A stretch of DNA of 64,000 bases from Chrysemys picta bellii (lineage: Eukaryota): NCBI RefSeq assembly GCF_011386835.1, contig NC_088793.1:172732001-172796000 (forward strand), written 5' to 3'. Every line of letters starts with the position of its first letter. The first letter of the stretch is position 1. The position numbers and the translations under genes were made by a program. The notes below the pieces were generated by a model. The model saw only the letters and a list, made by a program, of their open reading frames with translations. It had not been told where the DNA came from and made no database searches. Shown here piece by piece: positions 63,822-64,000 of the stretch.

Positions 63822-64000
63822 TGTGCACACTGAAATTAATGTTTAAAACTTAAAGTATAATACACTAATACAGATACTTCTGTTGCTCTATCTAGTCTAC
63901 GGTCTGATTTTTTTCACCTTTTGGAGGAAGCTGTCTACTCCCAAATAATAATCTCCTATGATAATTTCACGTTCAAAGTTCACACACACAAAATGTGACC

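Noticed and set aside
58585-64000. Next upstream THADA exon
   Set aside because: I found no frame matching the recalled upstream peptide. It probably lies outside the window.

Overview
Eukaryotic (vertebrate) genomic DNA, most likely a turtle: it carries a tRNA-head/CR1-tail SINE of the tortoise type, CR1 LINEs, DIRS retrotransposons, Penelope-like elements (PLEs) and many hAT/Harbinger MITEs. Two host genes lie on the minus strand in the same order as human 2p21. ZFP36L2 has coding exon 1 at 1029-1079 and the 5' part of exon 2 at 1-337, with a CpG-island promoter. THADA contributes its last seven coding exons (58172-58584, 57511-57632, 51270-51342, 49389-49533, 42895-43026, 8834-9000, 7313-7657). 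These splice in frame into 464 aa plus stop and include a 33.9-kb intron. Most ORFs in the supplied track are artefacts of GC-rich MITEs, antisense frames or decayed retroelements. No rRNA, true tRNA gene or CRISPR array is supported. The most interesting observations are: PLE-derived minimal hammerhead ribozyme motifs, one with an intact core about 0.7 kb upstream of and divergent from the ZFP36L2 promoter; a nested stem-loop in the ZFP36L2 5'UTR; a rare GAG 3' splice site on the last THADA exon; long fold-back repeats in THADA introns; strong CTCF-type motifs between the two genes; and a gag-less DIRS element with its termini preserved. I cannot show that any of these is a previously undescribed system; they are leads to test. 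All family assignments come from recalled motifs, not database searches.
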